From Takakia lepidozioides (taxonomy: Eukaryota; Plantae; Bryophyta): a DNA stretch of 64,000 nucleotides. Every line of letters begins with the position of its first letter. Position 1 is the first letter of the stretch. Below, one piece after another: positions 1 to 13,600 of this stretch. The stretch lies in the NCBI GenBank assembly GCA_030704615.1, contig CM060732.1, positions 55,490,001 to 55,554,000 on the forward strand, read 5' to 3'. The notes beneath the pieces were generated by a model. It did not search any database and was not told the origin of the DNA. It saw only the letters and a list, made by a program, of their open reading frames with translations. Made by a program: the position numbers and the translations under genes.

Positions 1-350
1 AACGTTTTTAGGACTACGGCTTTGGCGGAGTCATAAAAACTGCACTAGGTAGATGACTACAAAGCGCTGAAATGCATTGCAGTCATAGTTTTATGACTTT
101 GTAGTAATGGATATCACTACATGACTCCGGAAAGTGAGGGAGCATTGGTCAAACATTATTGACCATGATGACAGGGATGGTTTATATGACTAGTGTGATA
201 TGTTTGACTACACGTGGACGACGTTTCATGGAATCTTATGACTCCATGACTGAAGATGGTTTCACAGCTCTATTTATACGACTACATCACTACACGTGTC
301 ATTTTGAAGGCACATATAATGCAAATAAGGTTGCCCATTAGGTTTTAAAA
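1..350. mobile_element. CACTA-type subterminal repeat array (ATGACT/AGTCAT motifs); terminus probably just outside the window
   Basis: Dense dispersed ATGACT(A/C) and AGTCAT motifs in both orientations, the same motif that follows the CACTACAACA terminus at 32646. Confidence 0.55.
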
Positions 351-1142
351 AGTTAAAAAATTGCTAATAAGGTTGTCCATTAGGGTAATCGTGAACAGAA
401 AGGAGGGCTGGGACTTGGCCTTTTTTTGTCTCCTGCGCCACACCACATAGCCGAGGGATGGAACGCGATGATAGCAGGATATACAGGGGCGTGGGATGGA
501 GGCGTTGAGCAAATGATGCACGAAGGAGAAGAAGAGGAGGAGACGAGACGAGGAGAAGCGAGCTCGCCGTTCTTGGGAGAGTCAGCTTGGTCTTAGCATG
601 CGTGTTTCAATCTCTGACTACTTAGCTACGCCGTAGTGATTCGATCTCACAGACCAATCCGACATTACCTAACTACAGACACAAGCAACACACACAAGAG
701 GTCCTTTTAGGTTGATGGTCGGTCAAATCCTCCATGGGTCAGGACAGGTCAAGGACATTGTGGTAGGGTGCCTTCTTCTTCAACCTATTTCAGCCTGTGT
801 TGCCCTCTCATCAGACTCGGCCGCAAGATGCATATTGAATTCTGTAAGTTAGGTCGTTGGATAGATCTGTGGTGGTTTGGAATGACTTTGGCAAGTTACT
901 GCCAGTGTGGCAGCATGGAAGTATCCAAAAACATATAATAGAGGTGAGGAGAAGCTTTGGGGTGAACACTTTCCGACCCCAGTCAATGGTGGGACAATGG
1001 AGACAAAAAGGCGAATGCCTGTTGGACTACAGAGAGAAGCAGATGCATTTCAGATTGTGATAAGTAGGGTTGGGGTGTTTTGGGGAAGAACTCCACACCA
1101 GTATGGTTGGGGTGTTTGCTGGTAGAATTCTAGGCTGTCAGA

Positions 1143-1588
1143 GGCATGGATAGCTGAAGGAGCAGGGATAGAGTGTGGGTCCAAATTCATCCAAGAGGGC
1201 TGGATTTCAAGCTCCACATTACCTATGATTCCCTGTGGAAGGATAGCTACAAGAAACCTACATGGGTAGATGGTCAACTGGAAGCGGCAACAGCAGCAGC
1301 ACAATTGATAAGGTCAGGCACTTCTACTGAAGGCACCTCCTTCAGCACATTTCACCCTGTTTTTCCCTCTTATCCGTTTCTTGCGAGCTGTCTTCTCTTA
1401 TCTGTTTGTCTGCCCAGTCTTCAGTGAATGCGTCAAGGCTTTGTGTTTTGGCTTCTTCCTCGCTTTTGTCACCCTCTCCCATGAATATCTCTGGTTGGCG
1501 CTCAAACCCTGCTGAGCTGTAGATGTTGTCCATGCCAATGCGAATGTGGACCCACACATCTATCCCTGCTCCTTCAGCTATCCATGCC
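1143..1588. repeat. ~46-bp inverted repeat (1143-1188 / 1542-1588)
   Basis: GGCATGGATAGCTGAAGGAGCAGGGATAGA(G/TG)TGTGGGTCCA(A/C)ATTC is present on opposite strands. Confidence 0.85.
1203..1373 (+). pseudogene. Fragment paralogous to the 33460-34089 ORF (DFKLHITYDS...FHPVFPSY)
   Basis: About 57 codons align with the C-terminal part of ORF 33460..34089, with synonymous differences in this frame. No ATG start. Confidence 0.65.
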
Positions 1589-2652
1589 CCTGCACAAATC
1601 ATGCATACATCCTCGCCTTGCTGCTAGCAGCTGACAATGACAGCCAAGTTCTATGACCCAAACCCAAAGTGAGCACAATGGCTTTGTAAGGCCAATGCCT
1701 ACAGGGCATATTCAATACTACAATGAGGATACGCAAGCAGCAGATACCATGTGCAAATAAAAAAACAACAAAGGTGGTGAAGGTGCGCAACCTGCCAAAG
1801 AGAGGGCGGAGTTGAGGAAGGATGAAGCAACTACAGACATTGCGAAATGCTCTGATGTGGGCAGAAGGGAAGACCCAGGCCCTGTCGGGGTTCAGCTGGC
1901 AAAAGAACAAGCTGCTGACAATCCATTGTGTATTGTCTTTGACCCATGGCCAGTATTGGTCTTTTGTTAGAACCGTTTAGACTAGGGGGTTGTGGTGCGA
2001 AGCTGACAAATCTGCCCATCTGGCACATGCGAATTGTTTTGCCAAAGGTTATAAACGACCTCTGGCGTTCTTACATGTGATGTGGAGAGTGCCAGGGTTT
2101 TGAAACGTAAACGTTGCTTGAATAAAATCCTTAGTATTTCCGGGTGGCTTACACCCGTGAACCCTAACGCCCCCGGGAGCAGCAGTTGAATTATGCAACG
2201 GAACGTAACCGAAATTTGCGGAGTGGCGTAATGTCACTCCTGCCACGATTCCCCCATTTTCGCGTCTTTCCAGCATCTTTCCGAGATCAGACGAACCAAA
2301 GGAGCGGGACGCAAAGAAGATGCCGGGAAGAAGCCTAAAAGAAACCTGGGCGCCTAAAAGAAGGGACACGTGGCGGGATTATTTTTTTCAATGAACGTTA
2401 CGCAGGTAAGGGCCGAGGTTGGGTAGCCAGTGAGCATGCTCGACCTTTTTCGGTTTGAAGAGACGCCTCGTAGACCGCAAGCTTCGCGCACATCTGCAAT
2501 CGAAATGACGTGGCCGCATTCCAATATCTTTTCTCTAAGCTAACTTCCATTTTTTAGGTTTCCACTTTAAATTTAGCTTCGATGAGTATTCTGATGATCA
2601 TTTTAAGCGTATCTGCTATACTAAGCCACCGCTATTAAATTTTTACTTAGCC

Positions 2653-4441
2653 ATGGCAGCTCGAGCTGCCTTTCTCGAAGTGCTCTCTTGTTTGAATATC
2701 ATCTCTCTAATCCCCAGCACTGATAACATAGTTCTCTTCAGCAAGTACACCATGGCGCTTAGAATCTCCATCGATTTTGACAACGATTCCACAACTGCTA
2801 TTGACAACTCGCAGCATCCCCACTTCAACACATCTGACGCATACATCAAGGCGGAGCCCCAACTTCCACGGCTTGTCGTGCAGCCTTGTAACGAGCGGCA
2901 GGTGCTTATAACGATTCCCCAGCAAATCAAGGCACTTTCAGAAAACAATCGACCAAACAATGACTACTTTTCGTGTGAGGCAGAAACAAGAAATGCAGAA
3001 TATCCTACGGACTATCTAACAGAGGAAGAAGAAGCATTCCAAGAATTTTGTGTAAAAAACGCCCCAGAGTCTGAGCCAGGTTGGAGATCGCCCTCCCCTT
3101 CTCGAAACGCAGAATCATCAGGTACTATTCCTAGCGGTCTTCCAGAAAAGTACGGATTATACGACACTACGCACTACTTTCAACTTGAAGATTACCACCT
3201 GGGCGAACAGTCTCAACCTCAAGAAGAGTTTCACGGAAGTGCTCAATCTGGCCAAGCGAGCATAATTCAGCCCACACAACCTACACTTGGCTGTGATGTG
3301 GAGCTTACAGCGTTAGACAGTTTGTGGTATGATCGTTTTGAGGTTGTCGTGGATGCCTCGATGACGCCCTATTTAGCATATTAACATCTAATGCTCAAAC
3401 TGTGCGAACGAGTGGCCCAACAGTAACTTCACCGCTAGCTACTGTTACAAAGATTGTTGACAAACGTCTTCATATACAGCTGCCACTAGCAGAAATCAAG
3501 TGTGCACTGCTCAGAGGCGATTCCCTCTAATGGCTCGACAACTTGGACTATTGCAAGAACTCTGCTTTGGGGAACAGGATGGTGCTCTTACCCACACTGG
3601 TCCACATATCAGGATCAACAAATTATGGATTGATGTCTTTATACATGGCCAGGGCACCTTTTTGTTGCGATTCCTACGTTTTGGACAGGCTCGACCATCC
3701 ACACTGGAATACAAACATATCTTCTCAGGACCATCTACTTCACAAGCCAAAGCATTGGAAGGGGACCTGGTCATACTCCCGGCTGTCAAATTTGAAGATG
3801 AGAAAGTTTACAGACTTCAGGCAGGTACTTGGCTGGATGGCATGGCTACTGGCGCTATCCTGGTTCGTGAATGGGGTACACACCCCACATTCGTGGATTT
3901 TTGGATTAAAGAACCCAGAGTCTGGCACATGCTTGTTGCATCTGCCTACACTAGCGAAACACACGAGCTCATCAAGGTTACATACCTACAGGAATGGAGA
4001 TCCTCGAAACTCTTTGCTGGAGATAATCACACATGGTCCCTCTCTGCCGAATAACGACGACAACGTCAGGAGGCAATATAATCCTACAACTCTGAACTAC
4101 AGGTGGGATCTTTTCCATCTAAAATCTGCAGCCTTACATGATGGCTCATTGACTGCCCAACTCATGACTGGACCTGATCCTGCCTCCAGTCATCTATTGT
4201 ACTTTACACTTGGCTGTTGGGACCCTGGTGGATGTTGCTTGCTTCCAAATTGGCCATTTTGCAACCCTCCAGGTTAAAGATGGTGGACCTTCTCTGTGAC
4301 GAAGACTCTTTGTTGGACTGGCGGTGACTTTCAGCTGCCCTTGAGTCTGGAATGCCCTGCGGAAGGTTGGTGTGGAGTAACTTTGGAGGTGCACCTCCTT
4401 CCTGCCTGGTTTGGCAACACCAAAGTGCTGCCTTTCTCTGA
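2653..4441 (+). pseudogene. Decayed long ORF of unidentified family
   Basis: ORFs 2653..3384 and 3500..4054 continue past TAA/TAG/TGA stops that are compatible with C>T from CAA/CAG/CGA, with one apparent frameshift near 3490. No motif recognised. Confidence 0.35.
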
Positions 4442-7400
4442 TCATTTCCTAGAGGTACTCCCACTACCCACCAAACCCCCTTGCATTATTCGCTACATCT
4501 TAATGTTGTCCCCCCTTCTCTATAATTCTGTTGCTGCATATTGCCCGTGTAGTCAGCCTGCTTTTGATTTCTTGCAATCAATCCAAGTTCTACTAACCCC
4601 AATCGATAGAAGCAAACACGATACTATCCAACAATGGCACCTCTTACGCATATATATCCCCTTCAAAAGCCACAAGATGGCCATAATCCAAATTACCCCA
4701 GCCCTATTTGCTGAAAACACACCTGACGCTATCATCTCACACAAAAGCGCCCCTTACAAGAGCCACAGAGTGGCCACACTCTTACAACACCCCCATGATT
4801 TAACCTTGCCAATTCTCACCCATTTTTCTCAAGCAAACCAAAGCTATATTCCATCTCTAAAACCCTCACATAATTTTAAACACCTCTCTCCATTACTGCC
4901 AAGAAGCATCCACCACCTCCTTAAAACATATAGCCAAATTATTGACTCACTCCAGAACCACAAGGTGGCCACAAACTCATCTAAACTCCCAAGCTTTGTA
5001 ACAAATGTACAGCCTATACACAACACTGAAATACCAGCCCATACCCAACTCCTTCATTTAAATTTCAACCAGTATACCACTAACATGCTCAGGAACCTAA
5101 ATCAGTATATCAAAAACCCTCACTACCTGCCTTGGATGACAACCCACCAGCCAGCTCCCCCAATCCCTTCAGAGCTAAATCGATCTCTTTTACACCATGA
5201 CCACGCCACAAGTCAAACCAACACAATACTGCTACTCCTTGTCGATCACAATAGGAATAATTCAATAACACATGTCCTTAAACTATGGCCTAATGAGCAA
5301 CATAGGTACATTGTGTGCCCACTCAAATTCTCAGCGTGGAATATACAACCAATTGAATATAACGGACAGTGTATACCTAGCTATTTCAGCTACATGCCAC
5401 ACTTGTGTGAGCGCCATCTCTGCAATAAATACCAATGCTATTGGCTGCTCATTGTTCTCTCTGTTTTCATCTTCCAAGTTAATCTCTTGGATTTCTTCTT
5501 CCTCACTCATATAACTCAACTGTAGTGGTGTTGGAGAGTATGAACTCTGCGTTGGCTCTGCCACATCTTCCTCTCCTTCTTTGTCTTGTGATTCAGAACC
5601 TGGAGTTCCTGCTTTTGGTGTTCCATTGTCAACTCTGATCAAAGATTTATGTCCCTACTAGCATTGGAACTAACTACACACCTAAATCACCAACCCTACT
5701 CCTATATATGCACATGCATTTAAACCTCACCTACTACCACTTTTTTGCCCAATGGCACAAAAATCTAACCCAAGCATTAAATACCCTAAAGACTAAAATG
5801 ACGGCAACCGTCTCCCAAAAAACCGTCTCCACAAGCAGAGGCCGAAGCAGCAATTCGCAAGCTGATGGGCACCGACAACGTTGAAAGCCTGCGTCACACT
5901 TCTCCCCTGCTACTCCTTCCTAATCGTCACCATGTCTCCCTTGAACACCACGATACAGACTCAAAATTTTATGGTAAGCCTCGGTGGTGAGAAGTCGAAC
6001 TGCTCAGATGTTGAACTTGATGTCGATCACTTGCCCTTCATGAATCGTCTTGCAACACTCCCTCTCTTCAAAGCTGTGAAACAATCACTGCATCGCCTTG
6101 TCTTGATTAATTACAAGTCTAAACTGCAATCAAAAGACTTTAGCAGGAAACACATTGTCCGCTTCTGATCGTCATAAACGGATTGCTTTGCTCGGCCCTC
6201 ATGACCGCCACTAATCAACTGTAGCCGTGGCCCTCAATCTGGTAGTTGCATAAGATATCACACTGCGAAGTCATCAACCTAATTCATGCCCATCATCTGG
6301 CAGCAAGCTGCTTCTCCCGCAAGCCCTGCCTTGTACAATCGTGATCATGAGTGCCAATGACGGCACAATATCTATAGCCGCACCCCACCAAGCTGTTTTC
6401 CCCCGTGAGTTCATAAAGTGCTAAGTGGTGATCACAAGGAGAGCGGCAGCTCCGCCTCTCCTCATAGGCTCAAATCATCACAAAGCAAACAGATGGCACC
6501 GTCTCACCCCACCTGCACTTGCACAACATACCAAGTCCTTCCCCCGTGAGTTGATCTTTCAGAAATAGATCATCAAAAGGCGGCACCGCTTCCCAGCTGC
6601 ACACCCTTCCAAGCATTGCTCCTCCCCTTCTTTCGACAAATCGTTTTTCTCACTTTTAAAACAAACACTCACAAGTGCTAAAACTAAACTCACCGCTGGC
6701 ACTCACAGATGCAAGATGATCTCTCTCGAGTGATAAGAAACTAAAAACACACTGTTGACACAAGAACATGAAATCCAACACCATCACTCATCACTCTTTA
6801 AAATAGTAGTCAAGCCAGGGGCACCCCAAGCTATGGGGACTCCACCCCACAACAACCTATGCTCCCTTCATAAGCACACTCAGATTCTAAGCAGTGAAGG
6901 AGCTCGGTCGTGCAGGCTCAACTCGAGAGAGATGAGCCGCACGATTGACGCTCTCATGAAGATAAGACGGTTCAGGTGTCAAACTAAACTTGACACCTGA
7001 CTTAACACTTGAACTAAATCCAAGTGTTAAATACAAATAACTAGATTTATTCTAGTTAATTTCACACTGTGTTTATTTAACTTGACACTTCAAGAGAGTG
7101 CATGGTGGAGCGAGGTGTTGATGAGAGCTGGGCACAGTGTATGAATTGAGGGGCAAATATGCTAGACAGTTGAGAGAGTAGTGTTGTGTGGTTGCTGTGT
7201 GGCATAACTTAGGGGCCAGCTGAACTAGTAATGCCATTGTGCAGGATATTTCTCTTTTGTGATAGCATTGGGTTCTACATTTAGCTGTGCTTATGATGTT
7301 TGGCTCAGATTTTTGTTGGCAGGTCTTATTGATTGAGCTCGAGTTTTGGGCACAACATACATAAACATTATTTGTATGATGTTGGTGGGAGTAACAGGCC

Positions 7401-7899
7401 ATTGTTCTCCGTGGCACTGGGACATCCTTTCGCCCTTTGTTGCCATCCTTGTATGAGAACGGTTCATTCCAAAGATCTAATCTCAGAGTTGTAATCCGGA
7501 GATGAAATGTCTGCAAAGTTTGCCAAGTATGATGGGAGGATTGGATGAGGGTACTACAAGATTTGTTAGTAGAAGTAGCTTGGATTGTAATTTTTACGGT
7601 ATTATGAGTAGAATTGTCATAGTACTGTAAACATATAGGGTATTCAGGGGGATACCAAGTGTGTAGTGGGGAATTGTGGCATGCAATTCTGTAAGTGGTG
7701 TTGGTGAGAGAGCATGAATGAACATTCCAAGAGAAATGGTGCATAGCAGAGTAGTATTTGGGGAAAGAGAATACGATAGGTATTATTACAAGCAAAAGAT
7801 ATACAAGGGTGCAAAGCAATCTACTCAAAGAGAACCAGTCTTTGGAGAGATATGGTCGGAACTCATACTGCTTTCTAGTCCTGCCTGTTTTTTGGAGGA

Positions 7900-9417
7900 G
7901 TTGGCTGACTGATCAAAATCTGGTTCCAGGGTATTGTTGGTGTCCCGTTGTAATTGCGCTAGTCATTGGGCCAAGGATTGCCGCCTGGCTGCGGGTCTAT
8001 CGGGTAAATTTGCCAGTGGGCTTGGTAAGAGCAAAGGCAGACAGCTTAATCATGAGTGTATTGAACTGGGCTTGGTAACCAGGATAGCGCCAGTTCTCAG
8101 CGAGTTCTGTGCTGTGATATTGATTCGTCTACCCATTAGGAAGACGTTCGTTTTGTTCTCCCACATGTTGTAGACAGTAGCATTCTTACATGTAATGTAG
8201 ATCGTGCCTCCATGGAGAATTCGTTCATTTGATGGAGTATTGAGGAAGAAGGGTCTTGCAACATTCTCTCGTCCAAACAGCTGCAAGACAACATTGCAAA
8301 TGACTTCTTGTGACGTGATAGCTCGAAGATTTTTAATGACAAACCGTGAGCGCGTCTCTTTTACCTTTGAAAGCTTCAGGCGGAATGACCTTTCCGCTTG
8401 TGGTCTGATTGCGTTCAGCTACCTGTAATATCTCATCCTCATGACGCAGACCTTGAATGAGGGCGAGTGCCCTGGTTTCCTCTGTTGCAGTGTATAGGAA
8501 CCCAAAGCTAGATTCAACTCCAAGCTTGCCAACATATAAAATTTCGAGATCTAATCCTGCATTGTAGGCTTCGTATATGACATTGGCAGTAACTTGAGTT
8601 CCCTGGACGTACGTCTATCATGGTGGAGCCTTTGACATGAAGCGAGAGGCGGTCTCCACTGCTTTCTGTTTCGAAACTTTTTTCTACCTTTCCTTGGATG
8701 CTACTGCCCCTAGACATTTTGAGTATAAACGCGCAGTGGGGCGGAGCACTTCAGCGCCAAGAGGGATATTCATGTGTGCAAGGTGAGCCTGCGTCAGTTT
8801 CGTATTTTCCGAGCATTTCATTGCAGTTCCTTGTCTCTCGAAACGGATCAGGATCTGGTATTCCACCGATAGCCCTGTGGAGGTGTGTATCTCGGTTCCC
8901 TTAGGTATCTGCATTAGATGTAGGAATTGACCTGCTTTGTTGTCCGGGCGCTGGGTAGGATATAATATCTGAGGAATCCGTGGAAACGCCTTGGGGCATT
9001 CAAGTAGTTCTGCAGCATACTCCTCGGGTGATAGTCCAAGTTGAAGCAATTCTGTAGGTGATCTGTATTCTTGTATGATTGGAGCATCGTAGACCTTAGC
9101 GAGCTCTCCATCGTGGCGAATCCAAGCCATAGTTGGAACGTGAATTCCATTTGGTTGTGCTGAGGTTCCTCAGAGCTGCGACCTCGTTTGCTGTTAGATG
9201 GTTGTTCCGCGTGAGAGCTGTCTGCGGTGCTGGCTGTGCGCTTGGCTGACAGAGATTGTGATGTATCCTTGGGGAGCGAGTCACCGAGTAGGAGTGTATC
9301 CATGTTGTTCTTGAACGTCGAGGAGTGCGACTGCGACATTGTCTGATCGTTTGCAAAGCTCGACGTTGGAGTGACTGGTTCAAGCATGATTTTTGAGTTG
9401 TTGGTGTTGAGTGGCAT
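7900..9417 (-). mobile_element. Probable degenerate LINE ORF1 (disordered N-terminus, RRM-like segment)
   Basis: Frameshifted ORFs 8914..9417, 8684..9130 and 8050..8286. The segment KNLRAITSQEVICNVVLQLFG...GTIYITCKNATVY...LMGRRINIT has an RRM-like pattern. The sense strand is C/A-rich. Confidence 0.35.
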
Positions 9418-10170
9418 CTAGTAATTTTTGGAGTTGCAATATAGAGGGGCCGACTCATTGTAAATTATCCAAATGAGTTGCCTTTGGTGACGTGTGTAGG
9501 GCATGCGTGATTTTGTTGGCTGAGCTGGAGCTCTGGTATCGAATGCTGGGACAATGACTTTGGCGGCGGCTAGTTTTAATGGAGTATCATTTAATGTGCA
9601 TTGATGTTTATGATAAGACAGAGAAGGTGGATGGATATGGCACTTGGTGACGGCTAAGTGCTCCTGATGCATGAATTCATGGCGTTTGATGCTTATGGAG
9701 AAGCGTAATGAAGGCTCTGCAGCCTGATTCCAGGCCTAATTGCCATGTGCATTGGCGGCTATGTCTTCACACTGGAAATGTGGCTGGAATTGAATGAGTC
9801 CAGGGTGTTTTGATGCTTCTGGACCTGCACATTGAGGGCTATGCAGCCTGGCATCTGAAATTTAGGTCTGATTACCAGGCTTTTCATGCGCAAGTGCAGC
9901 TGGATCTTCGGTGGAGAGGCTTTTCCCTTACCTTTGGACTGGATCCCCAGATGTAAGGGGGCTAGTGATGAAACCATTCCAGCTCCTCCTGATACTGCAA
10001 TGAAGAAGAGGCTGTGGGCACTCCTGCTCCTCCCACTTGCTTCCTGGTTCTCTACAGCTCCATTCGGTGGTTCTCCTCTTCCATCTCTACGTCTAGCCTC
10101 ATTGAGAGTAAGGTGAAGGTGCTGCGCAGTGCAATCGCCCCTCAATTGCACATGGAGAGGTCATGGAAAT

Positions 10171-10434
10171 GCTCTTGTTGATCTCTGCTCCTTCCATCCT
10201 GGTTTGGCGATCATTATCAGTAGTGTCAGCCCCACGCTCACTGCCGGCAAGATCAATAAAAGAAATTTTGCCAACGACACGGTTTCCTCTTGAGTTACTG
10301 CCTTCTGCTCTCTTGATAACAAGCTGAAGGATAGCATGAGATCTAGATGACTCTTCATTGGCACCGGTGGAGCCAGTGCTGCGAGCAGAGTTGCCCTTGT
10401 CAATAAACTCCTTCACCACCTCCACATCTGACAC
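10171..10434 (-). pseudogene. Isolated kinesin-13 motor-domain fragment (switch I/II) within a chimeric ORF
   Basis: RSTGSTGANEESSRSHAILQL...GKISFIDLAGSERGADTTDNDRQTRMEGAEINKS is the kinesin-13 switch I/II signature. Flanking residues of ORF 10099..10620 are unrelated to kinesin and there is no P-loop. Confidence 0.9.
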
Positions 10435-10633
10435 TAGGTCCGAAGATTGGTCTGAAGAGAGAGCAAGTGCAGATGGCAGCTGCCCACCAGGTTCTGACAG
10501 AGTATCATCAGAGCTTGTCCCTGCATTAGGGATGGCTCGAGTGCTTGCATCACGGAAAAGAGAGCCTAAAACTGCACGCATACGTTGATGGTGTTTCAAA
10601 CAGTACACCTTGGTGGCCATTGGTAAGGGAATC

Positions 10634-13600
10634 TGTGAGAACTACATAGACGTGTTGGGAACTCGTAGGTAACTTGGGAGCAGTTTTTAATGGCGCAAAC
10701 GTTTTGGTGTTAAAAATAAAAATAAAAAAAAAAACCCTTTTGATCTAATTTAAATGATTTAGAGCCTAATTGGTCATATCTTTGTCAAATGGACTCCGTT
10801 TGACTCAGTTTTTGGGGGGGTAGCTGCAGAAAGGGGAAATCTACCTATCTACCTATCTGGTTTTAGTTTTTTGGACTCTGCTAAAAATCTATGGAATTTT
10901 TTGAGTGTGAGTGTGCTTTGAAAGATCCACAATTCTGTTTCTAGAACCTATTGTGGTCTACATGAGAGACAAATCTGGGGATGTCCTCCTTGTATGGCTG
11001 GGGGAAATGAGGACGTAATTGAAGGGCAGGTCTCTTCTCTTAGCCTGTGCACACAATGGGACAAGATTTATGTTTCTCAAGGAACTCAGACTGATTTGAG
11101 TGGGGAGTAGTTGGACGAGTTGATTGCATACTGGGAGTCAGGCATTAGCAATAGACAACAAACTGCTGTAGTTGGCGTTGCGGGCCTCAATATTGCTTCG
11201 GACAGTCAGAATTCTGTTGGAGCGAGCAGTTCTGCAGTTGTAGGTGAAATACCAAAGTGGGTGGAAGCTAGGCTTGGAACACAGCCAAAGACAGCCCCGG
11301 GGACCAAGGTGTTCAGCCACAAGGCCGTGGTGTACTAGAGCAAAGGAGCAGGAGCTACACAAGTTTTTGCAATCAGACATGGTTGCAGCCGGACACGCTC
11401 TGCACAAGGCAACCACGAGCGGGGGTTCATTAGCATTGACAAGTTTGTTCTACTTGAAGGAGATGCAGTCATTCCCAATGAGGACACTCGCAACCGTCTC
11501 AAAGCTTTCGAGTTGAGAGACTGTCAGACCCTACCTTTATTTTCTTTAGTATTCAGTGAGCGGGAGATAGGGAAGTATTGCTTTGTCTCTACCTGGCAAA
11601 AAGAGGAGGAGGGTTGGTTAGAGCGAGCTACTGTAGCTTAGGACAAGGTTAGTGGCAGGTTTCTAGACATAGATATATCTCTTACACCTTACCATCATGC
11701 AGAGCAAGGCACTTTGAGAGAAGTTTGGCAGTTGATAGCATAGATCAGGATTAGACTTGTTTGGTCGGGCCTCTATTCTTCCCCTCCCTCTCTTTACTAT
11801 TTTCATTACTTTGTACCTGTAGTTGCCAAAGCCTCTCTTGGTGGAGGCCAGTCAGTCTGGGGTTTTTGGGCTGGGATATTCTGCAGGATCAGCATTGCAG
11901 ATGGATTTTGGTGTGGGGGTGTTGATGTTTTGATTTCTTGTGTTTAGATCCCCCCCAACACCTGCATGCTTGACTGTGCGCCATGTTGGTTTTGTGTGGG
12001 CGCTTGCTTTCATAGGGATTAGGCCGGATTTGATCACCGGTCAATCCTAGAGTATGTTGTCGGTGGTGAGGCTGGAGTGATGACCAGCAAGACCACCAAT
12101 GTTTCTTCTATGGTGAGACTGGGTTGATGACCAACCAACCATATGAGTTATTGCGGTGGATGCAGGTGCAGGTGCCCTTAGCCACTGGGATATGACCCTT
12201 AATCCGCAACAGGTGCTCACCCGTGTCACTATTAGAATTAGTACTAGAGCCTTATAGTGTTACGTGGGGGAGGTGCGGGTTGTGAGTGTCATCACGGAGT
12301 TACCCAAGGGTTTTGAGGGGAGTATGGCTACAAGCAGTAACAGTGAGAGTGGGTTCACAAGACGAGGTATTTGGTTCAGACCATCTTTACCTTCACCCTC
12401 AACTAGTGCAGAGTCTGACACAGACTCGGAGGCTTCATCAACAGGTGTGCAGTTTCTTTTGCCATTGTTGTGGGACGACATGGAGGAGATGTATGGAGCT
12501 ACCAAGGGGCCTCGTAGGTACTCTGGACCTATGGGCACAATCGAGCTGGATGACTTTATCCAAGAGTTCGACAGCTGGTGTGATTTGCAGCAGATGCGCA
12601 ATCCACAGCTGTTCACCCCATTCATGGCGTGGAAGGGACTGTTCCAGCATTTGGAAGGCCCGCCTATGGACGATTACCACGAGTTCAGGCGATGACATGA
12701 AGCAGAGATTGAGGAGTGGAGGATGTATTGGTCACCTGACTACGTTTTCATTATTCGAGGCACGACGCGACAAGTAGCTGCATCAGCACCAATATCTCCC
12801 ACTGCCAGCACTAGTAGTGGAACAAGTAGTGCAGGTACTTCTGCAGGTGGTACCAGTTCAAAAGGTGCTACTACTCCTCCTGCCACGACTACAACACATG
12901 TGCCTAGATTCAACCCGGTGGTGGAGTTCTTCCAGGAGTTGCGGACGAACTACCAAGGCGTACGGACAGAGAAGTTGCGAAGTTTGCAAGACTTCCAGCA
13001 CAAATCCAGTGAGAGCTTGCGAGAGGCCTACACTCGTATGAGGCGCTTGATAAGTGCGACCCAAGGGATTACTGAAGCTCAGGCAGTCCTGTTCTGGTAT
13101 GGAATTTTGGACAAGGAGCTCAGGAGAAGGGTGCGGGATGCAACCCTGTTACAAGCGGCCCAACCCACATTAGCAGATATGTTTCTGCTGGCTGAGCGGA
13201 TTGAGCTCAACATGGTGGAGGAGCGAGTTGTTACCATTAGATTTGGCAAGAACATGCCTGCACGAGGCGCAGCTGCCAGACAATAGGTACAAGGGACTGC
13301 CCAACAGCGTGGTCAGGGTGGCAAGGATGCCCAACCCAAATTCCATGGAGCTTACAGGGGACCTCAGGTGCAGAAGCCAGTAGCTTCTTTTGCAGGCCAA
13401 CAACAACCAGGGGTGGTATGTTGGACATGTGGAGGACCCCTTGTCAAGAAAAATTGCCCAGAGAGTGGCAAAAGGTCGGCACAAGCACAGCCTGCACAAT
13501 TGCAGTGTGGGCATTGTGACAAGTATGGGCATGGAGATGCCCAGTGTTATGATTTGCACCCTGAGTTGCGGCAAGGCCAGTTCCAAGAGAACAATGGTGG

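Noticed and set aside
4296-5525. 409-aa ORF as a real gene
   Set aside because: Non-ATG start; the G-poor strand suppresses TAG/TGA; the hydrophobic tail is the antisense of an acidic stretch; no motifs.
7073-7828. Envelope-glycoprotein-like ORF (signal peptide, N-glycan sequons)
   Set aside because: Starts at TTG; the composition is explained by a C/A-rich strand; no transmembrane anchor or recognisable fold.
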